Source: Octopus vulgaris (taxonomy: Eukaryota). Taken from it: DNA of 64,000 nucleotides. This document shows positions 13,180-26,734 of the stretch, piece after piece (position 1 is the first letter of the stretch; every line of letters begins with the position of its first letter). The position numbers and the translations under genes are program-made. The stretch covers positions 115,134,001 to 115,198,000 of the forward strand of contig OX597817.1 in NCBI GenBank assembly GCA_951406725.2, read 5' to 3'. Below the pieces are notes generated by a model. The model was not told the DNA's origin. It saw only the letters and a program-made list of their open reading frames with translations, and ran no database searches.

Positions 13180-15175
13180 AACGTTGTATTTCGGGATGTT
13201 CATTTAACAATTTTTTGCCAGATAAACACACGCACAATATATTTTTTCTTCACTCGTTTATTGCTGTTCTTACTTTATTATTTTAACTCATGTCCATAGT
13301 CACATATCTGTGACCTCTTCAGTGACACTTTTCGTTTCGTGTGTGTTCTAGATCCACTTAGACCATTTTGTTCTTCTAAGATGTGTATCCTTATGTGCGC
13401 ATGCGTTTATGTCTTTGCGTGTGCGTGTGCGCGCGCGCGTGTGTATGTGCGTATGTGTGTGTATGCTTGTGTGAGTGTCACATTTTTTAGCAGTAGTGTG
13501 GCTTTCCCTTCAACCTCAACTTCTCACCCCATTGTACTGCTGCTGTCTTAAGGAATATGGTAAGTTCCTGTATTCATCTGTGTACGTGTGTTCGCCACGG
13601 TGTTGCCATCGTGGTAGTTGCTGTTGTTACAGCCATCGTCGTCACGGCCGCTGCTGTCGTTGTTAATTGTGTTGTTGGCATTGTTATGGCCGTCCATGAA
13701 ATTTCTTGTGTGTGTATGAATTCGCTTTGTATGTTGTATGTATCTATGTCCTTTATATACCTTCATTTATTTATTATATGTCTCTCTATTTTTTTTATAT
13801 TTATCACAGGTATGTAACAAATATATATCTCTATATATTTATTTATCTATTTATCTATTTATTATTTTTTATACATCTATCTCTATTTCTCATAAGTAAC
13901 ACAAGTAAATGCATATATGTCTATTGTGTGTGCATTATCCTGTATGTTTCTGTATATTATTTACGATTTTTGTCCCTCTCTCTTCTCATCCGTTCGGTCT
14001 TTAGCCATGTGGTGTAATGGTGGGTGTTACTGTTCCATTCGTGATTTCTATTTAGGCACGGTCTGTCTACTGTTATATGTGTATCCTTTGTGATCTGTCT
14101 AAGTGTCGTGTCACTTCTATGTGTCAATAGTACTTTAATCTCTATGCTATTAATTGGGCCTCCATGTTCTGCCTGAGTATGTTGGTAGAGCACTAACGAG
14201 CTTTTCCCTTCTTTGAGCTCTCGCCAATGTTCACCTATACACTCTCCTATGCTGTGTGCAGTCTCCCCAATATAGATAGTTGTCATGTTTCTACAACCGT
14301 CCCTCAGTACATCGTAAGCTAATACTATATTCCTAAACTTAGTTAACCCGTGGTTTCATCCTACATAGAACACAATTGTACTCCGTACATGGGGACTTAT
14401 CAAAGGGACAGGTATTGCAGATTAGGGTTTTAAAGGGGCGCTAGGCCTCTCTACTACTTTAATTTGTCGATTAGCCTTACTTAACGTTTTCCTAAAAAGA
14501 TATGACACTGGTATTTTTTGTTGTCATACCAAGTGTTGGCATTATTTATATTATTACTGGTCCTTTCTGTGCTGGTTCAGGAATTGCTCCTGTACAGCGG
14601 GCAGATCGCTTTAGCATCACTATCTATGATGGCTTTGGACTTAGTCCTGGCTCCTTTGTACACTCTAATCCTGTCCCTCTGGTTGTAACCAGAGAAGTGC
14701 ATGTAACCAGAGAAGTGTTGTATGTGCCTTATTAATTCCACAGGGTCGCACATGCGATACACATTCATCATCAGTATCACGAAGTCCCTTATGAGAATGT
14801 TTCTTTTTTTGAGGTCTTAGGACAGCAGCAGCACAATGGGGTGAGAGAATGGGGCTGAGGAGAAGGCCTCATTGGTGCTAAAAACTATGACACACACACA
14901 CACACAAGCATACACACAACGCACACAAACACACACGCACGCACACACACCACACACGCATACATACACACAAACAAGGACACAAACACATGTGCACATA
15001 AGGATACATATCTTAGAAGAAGAGAATGGAGTAAGTGGAGCAAGAACACACACGAAAACGAAAAGAGTCATTGAAGAGCTCACAGATGTGTGACGAAAGT
15101 GAATAATAAACATATAGTGCGTGTGTTTATTTGGCAAAAAAAGAAATAAATACCATCCTGAAATACAACAATATA
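13180..15175 (-). mobile_element. 5'-truncated Penelope-like element with inverted pseudo-LTR
   Basis: Coding remnant 13957-14815; terminal repeat 13180-13552 recurs inverted at 14815-15175; both carry HHR remnants ((C/T)TGAAGA-G-(G/C)TCACA-GATR-TGTGAC, with GAAA kept at 15095). Confidence 0.85.
13957..14815 (-). pseudogene. PLE RT thumb, Cys-rich linker and GIY-YIG endonuclease (frameshifted)
   Basis: IYIGETAHSIGECIGEH...LYQH...EH...LRQIT...PCLNRNHEW; upstream IKVVERP...CPFDKSPCTEYNCVLC and SGYNQRDRIRVY. Confidence 0.85.
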
Positions 15176-15227
15176 TGTTTCAACACACGATTTCACATCA
15201 AGAATCTTGCAAAACGAATTAATAAAC

Positions 15228-15277
<50 letters not shown>

Positions 15278-15284
15278 CAAAAGA

Positions 15285-16502
15285 GGGGGTGTATTTCCTC
15301 GCAGGAAAAAAATAGGCAAATTTGTTGTTAAAAATGCACCTAAATCTGAAAAACTTGTAATTGTATAAATTAAATTTATTTACATATATACCAAACTAGT
15401 TCAACAGTATTTTTTGTTTATCAATGGTAAAAATTTGAATTATAAATTTGAAAAGCATCTTTAAAAGTTTCGATGTTGACAAATTGAAATGTTCATAACA
15501 GGCAAATTTAGCATTATGAATTAGTAAGACATGTTTACAAATTTCAATGTTTATAAGTTTAAACGTTCATATTAAAACTGTGCATCAATTTGTTTAAATG
15601 TACAAAGGTCAGTAGTGTTAGTAGAGATCGACAAGAAATGAATATCATCAAAGTTTAAGTCATTCTGAGTTAAGAAGGAAATAAACAAGGGAGAAATGAA
15701 GATAGTAAGAAAAGGGATGTGGTTTACAATTTCTCTGATTCTCTTTCCGTCGTGTGTTGGAACGTTCGCTCGTAGTGGTGTACTTTGGAATCCGGTGTAT
15801 TTATATTTTTTTCCGGGAGCGGAAAAGTACTGGTGACGTGTTGTTTTTCCGGTGTTCAACTTTGTGGTTCTGACTTGTTGGCAGCCCTGTGATGAACGGT
15901 TACATGTCGTTCCGGTTGGTTGATTCTCTTAAAGAGTCATCTTGTATTTGCTGAAGTGCGGTTTTGATTTACAACTGGTGTTTGTAAAATTTCATTGGTA
16001 TAGAAATAGGTGACTAGTGTTTGTATGGTGATTTGGAATTGCGATTTCGAAACCCGGGTGGAAGACTGTTACTTAAGTTTTTAAAATTGTTTGTAGCTCC
16101 TGGTTGTTTTTGGTGGAGAACTTGAGTCTTTTTTCTCTTCGGTGCTTTTTCTTTCTAAAGGATATTCAGCTGTAGATTATATTTTTAATGAGTACGTTTT
16201 CCTTATTTAAGCGGAATTGGGTTAAGTGTTTCCGGGGCGTTGATAGAGAGGGAAGATTTAGTATTTAGTCTACGAGGCATTGATGTTTTTGCTTACAGGA
16301 ATTTTCCTAGTCGTGTGTTCCTGGATTTGCTTGCTCATATATTTGGACTTCCAAGTATGCCATGGCAAGGTTGGCAAAAGTAGGGGCTACCTTCGTTCCC
16401 ATCGCCGTGCCCGATTTTTGTCTAGAAGTGTTCCCCTTGAAATTGAAAAGCAATTACAAGCTTTTCAAATTTAGATGCATTTTCAGCAGCAAATTTGCTT
16501 AT
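15285..16502 (-). mobile_element. Second decayed PLE: RT fragment with inverted terminal repeat
   Basis: Minus 16448-16330 translates FNFKGNTSRQKSGTAMGTKVAPTFANLAMAYLEVQIYEQ (PLE RT motif); TCNRSSQGCQ linker near 15900; inverted repeats 15312-15363 and 16451-16502. Confidence 0.8.
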
Positions 16503-16512
16503 AAATAAATAA

Positions 16513-16554
<42 letters not shown>

Positions 16555-16589
16555 ACACATATATATATATATAGATAGATAGATAGATA

Positions 16590-16769
16590 GGTATGGCTGT
16601 GAGATAAGAAGCTAGATTCTCAACCACAGGGTTCTAGGTTCAGTCCCACTGCGTGGCACATTGGGCAATTGTCTTCTGATATAGCTTTGGGCCGACCAAA
16701 GCCTTGTGAGTGGATTTGGTAGACGGAAACTGAAAGAAACCCGTCGTGTATATATATATATATATATAT

Positions 16770-16854
<85 letters not shown>

Positions 16855-16970
16855 TTATGTTTGTCTGCCCACCATCACTTGACCACCGATGCTAGTGTAT
16901 TTATGTGTCCGTAAGTTAACAGATCTGCAAAAGAGACCGATAGAATAAGTACTAGGCTTACAAACAATAA
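16590..16970 (+). mobile_element. SINE family B with internal (AT)n
   Basis: ggttcagtcccactgcgtggcac...ggaaactgaaagaa head and gagaccgatagaataagtact tail; cut off by a family D insertion. Confidence 0.85.
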
Positions 16971-17170
16971 TTATTTACATTATTTAGATTTGACGGATTT
17001 TTGTCCTCATCTTGTTTGTTGTTAACACAACGTTTCGGCTGATATACTCTCCAGCGTTCATCAGGTGTCTTGGGGAAATTTCGAACTTGGGTTCTTATTC
17101 CTAAGGTATTTCTCGATGTTGTTGTTGTTGTTGTTGTTCTTCTTCTTCTTCTTCTTCTTCTTCTTCTTCA

Positions 17171-17201
<31 letters not shown>

Positions 17202-17255
17202 CTTCTTCTTCTTCTTCTTCTTCTTCTTCTTCTTCTTCTTCTTCTTCTTCTTCAA
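16971..17255 (-). mobile_element. PLE family D terminal repeat with (GAA)n/(AAC)n and hammerhead
   Basis: Same sequence family as 22570-22830, 23230-23417 and 26385-26590. Confidence 0.85.
17024..17069 (-). ncRNA. Minimal type-I hammerhead ribozyme motif
   Basis: GACAC-CTGATGA-A-cGCTG-gagagtatat-CAGCc-GAAAC-GTT-GTGTT: intact core, stem I GACAC/GTGTT, palindromic ACGT stem III typical of PLE hammerheads. Confidence 0.8.
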
Positions 17256-17689
17256 TAAAAACGAAAATAATTATGCATGTAATTTCAAATTATGTTTGAA
17301 GTAATTATATTTACAAAGTAGCTAGCTTTTATTGTGGAACAAGGAACGTTAACATTGAAAGAGATAACGATAGAAAAGAGGGAAACGAGGGGAAAAAGAT
17401 AATTTAAAGATACCAATTACGAAATATGTTGTCCCCTCTTAACTTTATTTTAGTTTCCTTTCATTTTGAGTTTTCGCTCTTTTTTTTGTTGTTAATGTAA
17501 AGTAATGTCTTACTTTGCCTACCAGCATGCTATTTTTTCCATCCTCTTTTCGTTAATTTTGTCTTTTATTGAATGTAGTGAATGATAATTTTTCCCGTAA
17601 GGTTTTTTGTTCGAGTTTATCTTTCATATTAATATCTATCCATCAGTTTGTATATCCGCCTGTCTGTTTGTCTGTCTGTCTGTCCGTCT

Positions 17690-17884
<195 letters not shown>

Positions 17885-18332
17885 TTTCTCCTTTATTTCT
17901 TTCGTTCTCTAATATATTATTGTAGTTTAATACTGCTTGTGAGTTGATTTGTCCTATTCAAACGACAGTATCGTCTACTGAAGCCACTTAATTGACTTTC
18001 AAGGTAGCCTCCACTCACAGTTATATTAGTATAAGTGCTTGCATGCGTATAGATCTGTAAATGTCAATATTAATGATGACATTTTTAATTGATAATTGAT
18101 AATTGTAATATATCCACGGGTTTGAACATTGGGAAATAGCAGCAATTTTTAAGAAACTGCTCCACTCAAAGCCTTAATAGACTGACTCATACATAAATAT
18201 ATTTCTAGTTAAAAATTTGATGTTGTGAAGCATACATTAAACTTGACTGAATAAATGAGTCATCAACAGTTTTCCTATATGTTTTCAAGTATATATATAT
18301 GTGTGTGTGTGGGGTGTATATATATATATATA

Positions 18333-18530
18333 AAGGCAGCGACATGGCATAATCGTTAAGCATATCGGGCAAAATGCTTATCGGCATTTCGTTCATTTTT
18401 ATGTTCTGAGTTCAAATTCCGCCGGGGTCGACTTTGCCTTAAATAAGTACGAATTGAGTACTGGGATCGATGTAATTGACTTATCCCCCTCCCACCGAGC
18501 ATGCTGGCCTTATGCCAAAATTTGAAACCT
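18333..18530 (+). mobile_element. SINE family A
   Basis: ttctgagttcaaattccgccggggtcgactttgcc core; an oppositely oriented older copy follows at about 18590-18790. Confidence 0.8.
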
Positions 18531-19027
18531 ATATCAATATATAGATGTCTCCTCGTAGGTATTAATATGTAATTTTTTGCTCTTAAATTTTGGTACGGGA
18601 CCAGTTATTTCAGGGGAGGAGCTCCCAATTACACCGACTCCAGTGTTCAACTGGTACTTATTTTATCGATCTCGAAAAGATGAAATGGAAATCGACGTCG
18701 GCGCAATTTGAAATCAGAAGGTATAAATGGACAAAATGCTGCTAAGCATATTTCCCTGGGTGCTTACGATTTTGCCAGCTCACCACCTTCTTTACACTTG
18801 TATTTTTTAATTCGGATACTAGCGCCCCCTTGCAAGTGTTGTGAGCTCAAAGTGTGTTATCGGTGGTGAATCTTTACTGTAGTCGTAACTTTTATTAGAA
18901 ATAAAAATACTTATACTTCAAAAATATAAATGAAAGCCCTTCTCGTTGAGTTATCAGTGAGTTTGTTATGACGAATTTCGATGGTGTAATATATTTTCGA
19001 TCTCTGAGTCTTTGGTTTATTTAATGA

Positions 19028-19576
19028 CTAGCAGCATAGCCCGGCGTTGCCCGGGTATGTAAGAGCCCCTAGTAGGCAACGACTAATCCCAATCTAGTCC
19101 TTTCCCTCTAGGGAACGAAGGCGCATGTGTAGGTTGCAATGTCTTCTGTGTATACGATGTTCCTAGCTGTTCCTTTGTGCGAAAACGCGATTTCCCAAAA
19201 TGGCATGATTTTATCGATTTTTTCTGATGGTAAGGTATTGCATGGAAAACTAACGTCAGAATTAAGTTTCTTAGGGTAACATTAAGCTTCACCATGAGTT
19301 TGGTGAAAATCGATTGCAAGTTGCGAAAACTACCACAGAAAATGTGTTGCATATAAAAAGCTGAGATTCTCAACCCCATGTCGAATTTATTGATTTTTTT
19401 TCAAAACTTGGGGAACTTTTCAAAATTTTCGTTGCGTTAGTTTTGAATTATGACATTGGGCTATGTGTGTGTTTAGTTTCATCAGAATCGGTTGAAAGCC
19501 GTGGTCAGGGTGAGGGTACAACCTGACAGACACACAGACACACAGACAGACAAACTGCCGTTTATATAGAGAGAGA
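19028..19576 (-). mobile_element. Non-autonomous Helitron
   Basis: Minus 5' TCTCTCTCTATATAAAA, 3' hairpin CCCGGGCAACGCCGGG then CTAG; inserted between A and T with no TSD. Confidence 0.9.
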
Positions 19577-21630
19577 TTTTCACCAAAACTTAACACAGGA
19601 GAGGAACATAGTGGAAGAGATGCCATTATAAAATATAAATAATAAACTCCTCCGCTAAATTATCTTATGCTTGATTGAAATAACTGTTTCATTTTGAAAA
19701 ACAAGAAGCACGGTCTTTTATAAAATGTTGTTCTCAAGAAAGCTGTGCAGAGCTACAATAGGTTGAAGATCTTTACTTTAGATGGAGGTTAAAATCATAG
19801 CTTGTTTCTAGATTTAAATTACACGAGCATTACTATTTGAATAAGAATAAATAATTTAACAACGAATTAATTTAGCTCTTAAGAAACGTTAGCAATGTTT
19901 ATATTATTAATCAATGATATGTTAATTTTGTCTCAAAATGAAAATATAACTTAATTAGCTACTATACATTTTAATCCGTTATATATTAACAATTTAAAAC
20001 TGAAGTATACGGAATTTTACTTTGGTAAAGAATACTGTAAATAATGACATGCCTTTGTTAAGTATAAAAAATAGTTCTATAAGCTTTTGACATATCATGG
20101 CACAATTTGAGCGCCTCGACTATCTAAGTCATCTTAACCTGTCGGAGCATATTACACTTCAAGCGTAATCCAGCAGAGGAACTTTAATTTCGTTAACTCA
20201 AGCCACGGGAACATCATAAATATTGCAGCTGTTTGCAATATTGCAAGCTAGCAAAGACAGGATACTATCCGAACTTTCTTACCATAAGTGTTGTGTTTAA
20301 ATTAAATGCAGGACTTGCGTTGTTTTATTGTATGTCTTTCTCTGGTTCACTTACTTGTTGGCTGTTGGTAAAAGACCTAATGAGAAAAATTGTATGTGGT
20401 AATATGGCTTGCTAAAATAGCTATTAAATCTCCCTGAATTAACACTCTGTTGTGAAATAAAGGAATGATGCGCCAGATAACATAGATTTGAATATCATTA
20501 ACAAAACGAGTCATCACTGATACATCTTTAATAAACAATGTGCTCGTTGACGGCTGATCAGGGTTAAAGAATAAACAAAGCGTACCAAATGAAGGAAATC
20601 TCACTTGCGATACTACCAATTCTTGTATTTTCCATGCATAAAAGACCTACATTTTCTAGAGCGTTTTGGTTGAAGTCATCAAAGCTTAGGTGACTTGATC
20701 TTTTTGTCGGATATGAACCCTGCACCATTCAATCAATGATTACGGATTTGATTAGATATGAATTCACGCACACACGCATAGACGTAAACAATACACACAT
20801 GCACACACGCTCGCATACACACATGTACATAAGCGTTTTGTTACATTTTTCTATTAAAAAAATTTCCTATTAACGCATTTTTTTCCTTTTTCACTCTCAC
20901 TCTCTGTCTCTTTCTTTATAAATATTCAGACGGTTATACATGCATAGATTCATAGTACTGTTTTAAAAAGATCCGTAAATGTGGTCTATGGAAACATATG
21001 TATTACAAATGTGTAATGACTTTTATAACGATCTTTGAGTAAGCAGTATGACTTCCTCATACGTAAAGCTTGACAACTGCATTCATCTATGAGTCTAAAA
21101 TGATAAAATGTTCACAAGAAAGTCGATTGCACAAAATGCTTTTTGAACGAGAAAATAATCGTTTTCCAGGCCTGTTTCCACGTACGTACATACATATATA
21201 CATACGTACGTACGTACCTACCCATCTGCACATACACACGTACATGCATACGTACATACATACATACATACATACATACATACATACATACATACACACA
21301 TACATACGTACATACATACATACATACATACATGCGTACATACATGCATGCATAAGCAAACACATGTTCAAGCATATACGAATGTGTGTATATACTGCAT
21401 GAACGGGCATAAACATATCTCCATATATACGCATATGTCCGTGTACACACGAGATAATATAGCGCATGCTATACACAATCACAAATATCGACATATCTAT
21501 ATACGCGCACACACACACATATATATGTATGTATGTGTATATATATATATATATATATATCCTAATTCATAAATAAAGATATAAACATCATTATACATAT
21601 ATCAACCTAAACATTTCTCTCTCACACACA

Positions 21631-21683
<53 letters not shown>

Positions 21684-22569
21684 TACACGCACACACGTGT
21701 GTATGTGTATGTGAATGTGTGTGTATGTGTGTGTGTTTGCGTTTATGCACGCCGAGAAAAACAAATACATACTTAAAGGATACTTTGCGTTTATTATGAT
21801 TTTTCTTTAATTATATTTGTTTAAAAAGCAATAAACACTAGAAAAATGTACAATATTTAGAAAAATTCTGTTTTTATTCATTGATTTTAATGACATAAAC
21901 ATGCATTTTATGTAAGAAATCATAGAAATGCATTATATTTGTGTAAGTGCACTACTTTTTAAATGTAGTCTTGACGTTACTGCTACGACATGCAACATTT
22001 CCTTTGAAAGGGAGAAAACATTTGTTATTACATTGAGATGGAAATTTGTCCGTTTTATTAAATTACACTCGTCTCTCGTTCTCTTCTCTCTTTGTCTAAG
22101 CAATAATCCCATCAGTTCTGCCTCTGAAGCCGCTATGTTTGCTAAAGTGGTTGTGACAGTTTGTTTGGGATGTAATTAGACTTGCGATCTTTAAGACAAT
22201 ACACTCAGACTCATTCACATAAAAACATCACACGTTCAAGCCAAAGCTATTTCCCCTTACTCATCAGGCTGTCAAAATCCAACACTTAAAGTGCGATCAA
22301 CGCTAAAACTACTTTCGCCATTGTCACTGCTACCACCACCACCACCACCACCACCACCACATTATTTACAAAAAGTCCCCATCAATGACAAAGCTATTGT
22401 TAATAACTAACTGCTGACCTTCAGAATAACTAGCAAGGATGCCCATCACCACAACTACTAACATTTCAATATTTTAATTCATACATACACACACATAAAC
22501 ACTCACACACACACACATATATACGTACAAATACACATACATACGTACATACTTACAAATACATATCTA

Positions 22570-22723
22570 CATTATTTACAATTGACGGATATTTGTCCTC
22601 AACTTTCTTGTTGTTAACACAACCTTTCGCCTTCATCAAGTGTCTTGGGGAAATTTCGAACCTGGCTATTTCAAACCTGGGTATTCCTAAGGTATTTTTC
22701 GATGTTATTATTATTATTATTAA

Positions 22724-22820
<97 letters not shown>

Positions 22821-23090
22821 TTTATTATCGAACTCGTAATCTTAGGATTAATAGCCCGCGTTCTTAACCACTACGCCATATCCCCGTGGGCAATTATGGA
22901 GTGAAGCTTAGGGCTTATAAATCTAATATTCTCCTATCCATCCTTCATACCGGTTCCCATATGCTGTTCATATCTGCACTCGGTCTGCTTAGGAGATTGT
23001 TGTGTCCCGGCATAGGTGCTGCTTCTTTTAGTTTTCGTATTTTCCAGTGATGTTCTCTGTCTATTATAAATAATAATGATAATAATAATA

Positions 23091-23144
<54 letters not shown>

Positions 23145-23163
23145 GTGATGGTGATGGTGATGG

Positions 23164-23206
<43 letters not shown>

Positions 23207-23417
23207 AACAACAACAACAACAACAACAACAGCACCGAAAAATACCTTAGGAATGAGAACCCAGGTTCGAAATTTCCCCAGGACACCTAATGAAGTCTGG
23301 AGGGTATATCAGCCGAAAAGTTGTGTTAACAATAAACAAGAAGAGGACAAATATCCGCCAATTGAAAATAATGTAAATAATGTACATAATTCATCATCTC
23401 TTAAATATAGAACTGTA
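22570..23417 (-). mobile_element. PLE family D: GIY-YIG C-terminus, tRNA-like module, SSR and HHR repeat, plus inverted copy
   Basis: Minus 23068-22945 IIDREHHWKIRKLKEAA...LLSRPS...IWEP; tRNA-like 22885-22826; (AAT)n; HHR with stem II deleted at 22616-22654; inverted plus-strand repeat 23070-23417 with mutated HHR at 23282-23327. Confidence 0.8.
22826..22920 (-). promoter_or_regulatory. Putative Pol III promoter (TATA, A box, B box) inside the PLE
   Basis: A box TGGCGTAGTGG (22878-22868), B box GAGTTCGAT (about 22838-22830), TTATAA at 22915-22920, about 30-35 nt upstream of the predicted tRNA +1. Confidence 0.55.
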
Positions 23418-23898
23418 AATACATATCTATATATATATGTATTTGAGCGTTTATAAAGCTAAACACATACACACACACCAATACGAAAATGTTAATTTAT
23501 TTTTCGGGTTGTGTGCGATTCTATTCGAAATCTGTTTCTATGCTCATGTTATAGTGTTCATCGTTCTTTTCCTTTTTCTGTTCTAATTAAGCAAACCTCA
23601 GATGAAAGGCAGCCCATTTGTCTTAATCTCAGATCTCATATTTTGAACTACATTATACAATGTTCCTTTTACCGTTTAAGATGGCAAAAGTTGGCCAATA
23701 TTTCTAACAAGATGGACTGAGGCCCTTCATTGCTTATCTCAGCTAATAGAGTATGATACTTCCTTTTTGTAATTTTCTCACCCACCAAAAAAGGATCAAA
23801 ATTTCTTCCCGAGCCTTAGGTACTTTAGGCTAGTTTCCAGGATTCTGTGGTACATATAGAAATCGGAATCTTATGATCATGAGTGCAACACACTAACC

Positions 23899-24120
23899 TA
23901 TTTCTTTACTATCCAAAAGGGGCTAAACACAGAAGGGACAAACAAGGACAGACAAACGGTTTAAGTCGATTACATCAACACCAGTGCGTAACTGGTACTT
24001 AATTTATCGATCCCGAAAGGATGAAACGCAAAGTCGACCTCGGCGGAATTTGAACTCAGAACGTAACGGCAGACGAAATACGGCTACGCATTTCGCCCGG
24101 CGTGCTAACGTTTTTGCCAC
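23899..24120 (-). mobile_element. SINE family A
   Basis: Near full-length reverse complement of the 53402-53630 copy. Confidence 0.9.
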
Positions 24121-24389
24121 AGGTGAATTATCGTACTCTAGTTTTTATCATACTATAGTGGAATTGATTTTTATATCTCTGGTTTTCTTTCTATACAAGG
24201 ACTCCTTTGTGACCTTGGAGATTATGGGTTTGTCTTATATACAATTCTTGCAAAATATCGTTGTGTTATCTGGATTGTATGCTTGAATAATATTATGACT
24301 ATGTCGGAGCTGTATACTTGTGTACTCATTATAGAATCTTCGATGGCACTGAAGAGATTTATATCAAAATCATATAACTGACTATATAT

Positions 24390-24552
24390 AGGCATTGACG
24401 TGACTGTATAGTTGAAAAGCTTTCTTATTAACCATGTGGTCTTGGGTTCAGCCCCACTGAGCTGTACCTTGGGCAAGTGTCTTCCACTCTAGCTCCGGAC
24501 GACAAAACATTTTGAGTGAATTTGGTACACGGAAATTAAAGAAGCCAGTCAT
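24390..24552 (+). mobile_element. SINE family B head; matching tail at about 27870-28080
   Basis: Head ends in (AT)n and a family B tail resumes after 3.3 kb of nested inserts. Confidence 0.7.
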
Positions 24553-24617
24553 ATATATATATATACGAGTAGCTCAAATCATTTAGAATTATTTAATTAG
24601 GGTAAGCTGAATTTGAA

Positions 24618-24693
24618 GTCTTACAGCCGTTTCTTGGATAACCCAAGAGGTAGGTTAGTGTGTCCACGCACTGAGTATTTCGTCATCAGAGAC
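24618..24693 (-). ncRNA. Type-I hammerhead motif with extended stem II
   Basis: GTCT-CTGATGA-[49 nt]-GAAAC-GGCT-GTA-AGAC; stem I GTCT/AGAC, GUA cleavage triplet. Confidence 0.7.
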
Positions 24694-25336
24694 AAAGTGG
24701 GAATATTTACAAGGAATAAAATTCACAGTTTATAAGGAATAAGATATTGTAAATGTGCATATAAAGCGAGGAAGTAAGATAGACATAAATGGGTTTTGTG
24801 AGTGGGTGTATACAGGAGAGAGAGGAGAAAGAAAGAGGAGAGAGAGAGAGAAAGGAGAAATAAATAAAAATAAGATAGGGTAAAAGAGTAAAAATAAGAA
24901 TAATAAAATAAAATAAAATAAACGTAAATGTAATGATAGAGATATCATAAACGGGTGTGTGACAGAGAGGAGAAAGAGACCGGAGAAAGGAGTAAAAATA
25001 ATATAGGGTAAAAGGGTAAAATAAGAATAAAAATAAAATTAAATTAAATGAAGGGTAATGATAGAGATATGTCAGTATTGCATTGGGGTGAGAGGTCAAA
25101 TGTTAAAGTTTCAGTAAAGTTGGGGTGGAAAGCCAATCTAGGTAAGGTTGCAAAGGACAATAATATAGTGGTTAGTACGGATATTTAAAATTATATTTGA
25201 AGCTTAATAGCAATTAAATTATACGGGATAAATGATTAAGAATTAAAATTAAAATTTTAAATTAACAAATATGACTTAAAATCTAGAATCAAAAACTAAG
25301 AAAAATTAGAACTAGAAATAAAAAAAAATTATTATT

Positions 25337-26066
25337 CTGGAAGAATAGTTTGCACGCCGGGCGAAATGCGTAGCCGTATTTCGCCTGCCGTTACGTTCTG
25401 AGTTCAAATTCCACCGAGGTCGACTTTGCCTTTCATCCTTTCGGGGTTGATTAAATAAGCACCAGTTACGCACTGGGGTCGATATAATCGACTTGATCCC
25501 TTTGTCTGTCCCTGTTTGTCTCCTCTATGTTTAACCCCTTGTGGGTAATAAAGAAATAGGTATTTCGTTTGCCGCTACGTGCTGAGTTCAAGTTCCGCCG
25601 TGGTCGACTTTGCCTTTCATCCTTTCGGGGTCGATAAATTAAGTACCAGTTACACACTGGTGTCGATATAATCGACTTAATCCGTTTGTCTGTCCTTGTT
25701 TGTCCTCTCTGTGTTTAATCCCTTGTGGTTAGTAAATAAATAGAAATAGGTATTTCGTCTGCCGCTACGTTCTGAGTTCGAATTCCGCCGTGGTCGACTT
25801 TGCCTTTCATCCTTTCGGGGTCGATTAAATAAGTACCATTTACGCACTGGGGTCGATATAATCGACTTAATCCGTTTGTCTGTCGTTGTTTGTCCTCTCT
25901 GTGTTTAACTCCTTGTGGGTAGTAAAGAAATAGAAATAGGTATTTTGTCTGTCTTTACATTCTGAGTTCAAATTCCGCCGAGGTCGACTTCGCCTTTCAT
26001 CCTTTCGGGGTCAATAAATTAAGTACCAGTTGCGTATGGAGGTCGATCTAATCGACTGGTCCCCCT
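25337..26066 (+). mobile_element. Head-to-tail array of four SINE family A units
   Basis: Units restart at GTATTT at 25560, 25750 and 25940, each directly after a GAAATAG tail. Confidence 0.92.
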
Positions 26067-26384
26067 AAAGGCAGTGCAACAGCATGGCTGTAGTCAAATA
26101 ACTCGAACAAATAAATAAAAGAGTAGCTTCAGAGATAACTTATGTTGATAAAGAGGTAGAAGAAAAGGAAATCTAGCTAGCTTCCAAGATATTTATGTTG
26201 ATAAATTAGAGGAAAAAAGAAAGTGTACACACACACACAAACACAAACACACACACACATAAATACATACATATACATACATACACATATATACATACAT
26301 GTACTCATACATACACACGCATAAGCGCACATATATACACACACAAATATACATACATATATCTTGTAACGACCATGAATGGAT

Positions 26385-26523
26385 GTACATTATTTACATT
26401 TGACGGATATTTGTCTTCATCTTTGTTGTTAACACAACGTTTCGGCTAATATTCCCTCTAGCCTTCATCAGGGGTCTTGGGGAAATTTCGAACCTGGGTT
26501 CTCATTCCTAAGGTATTTTTCGA

Positions 26524-26595
<72 letters not shown>

Positions 26596-26685
26596 GAGAG
26601 CACGCTACTAACCCCAAGATTCCGAGTTTGATTCCAGGCAGTGACCTGAATAATAATAATAATAATGATGATGATGATAATAATT

Positions 26686-26734
<49 letters not shown>

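Noticed and set aside
25337-26066. CRISPR-like or satellite array
   Set aside because: Units are whole SINE bodies without unique spacers, in eukaryotic DNA.
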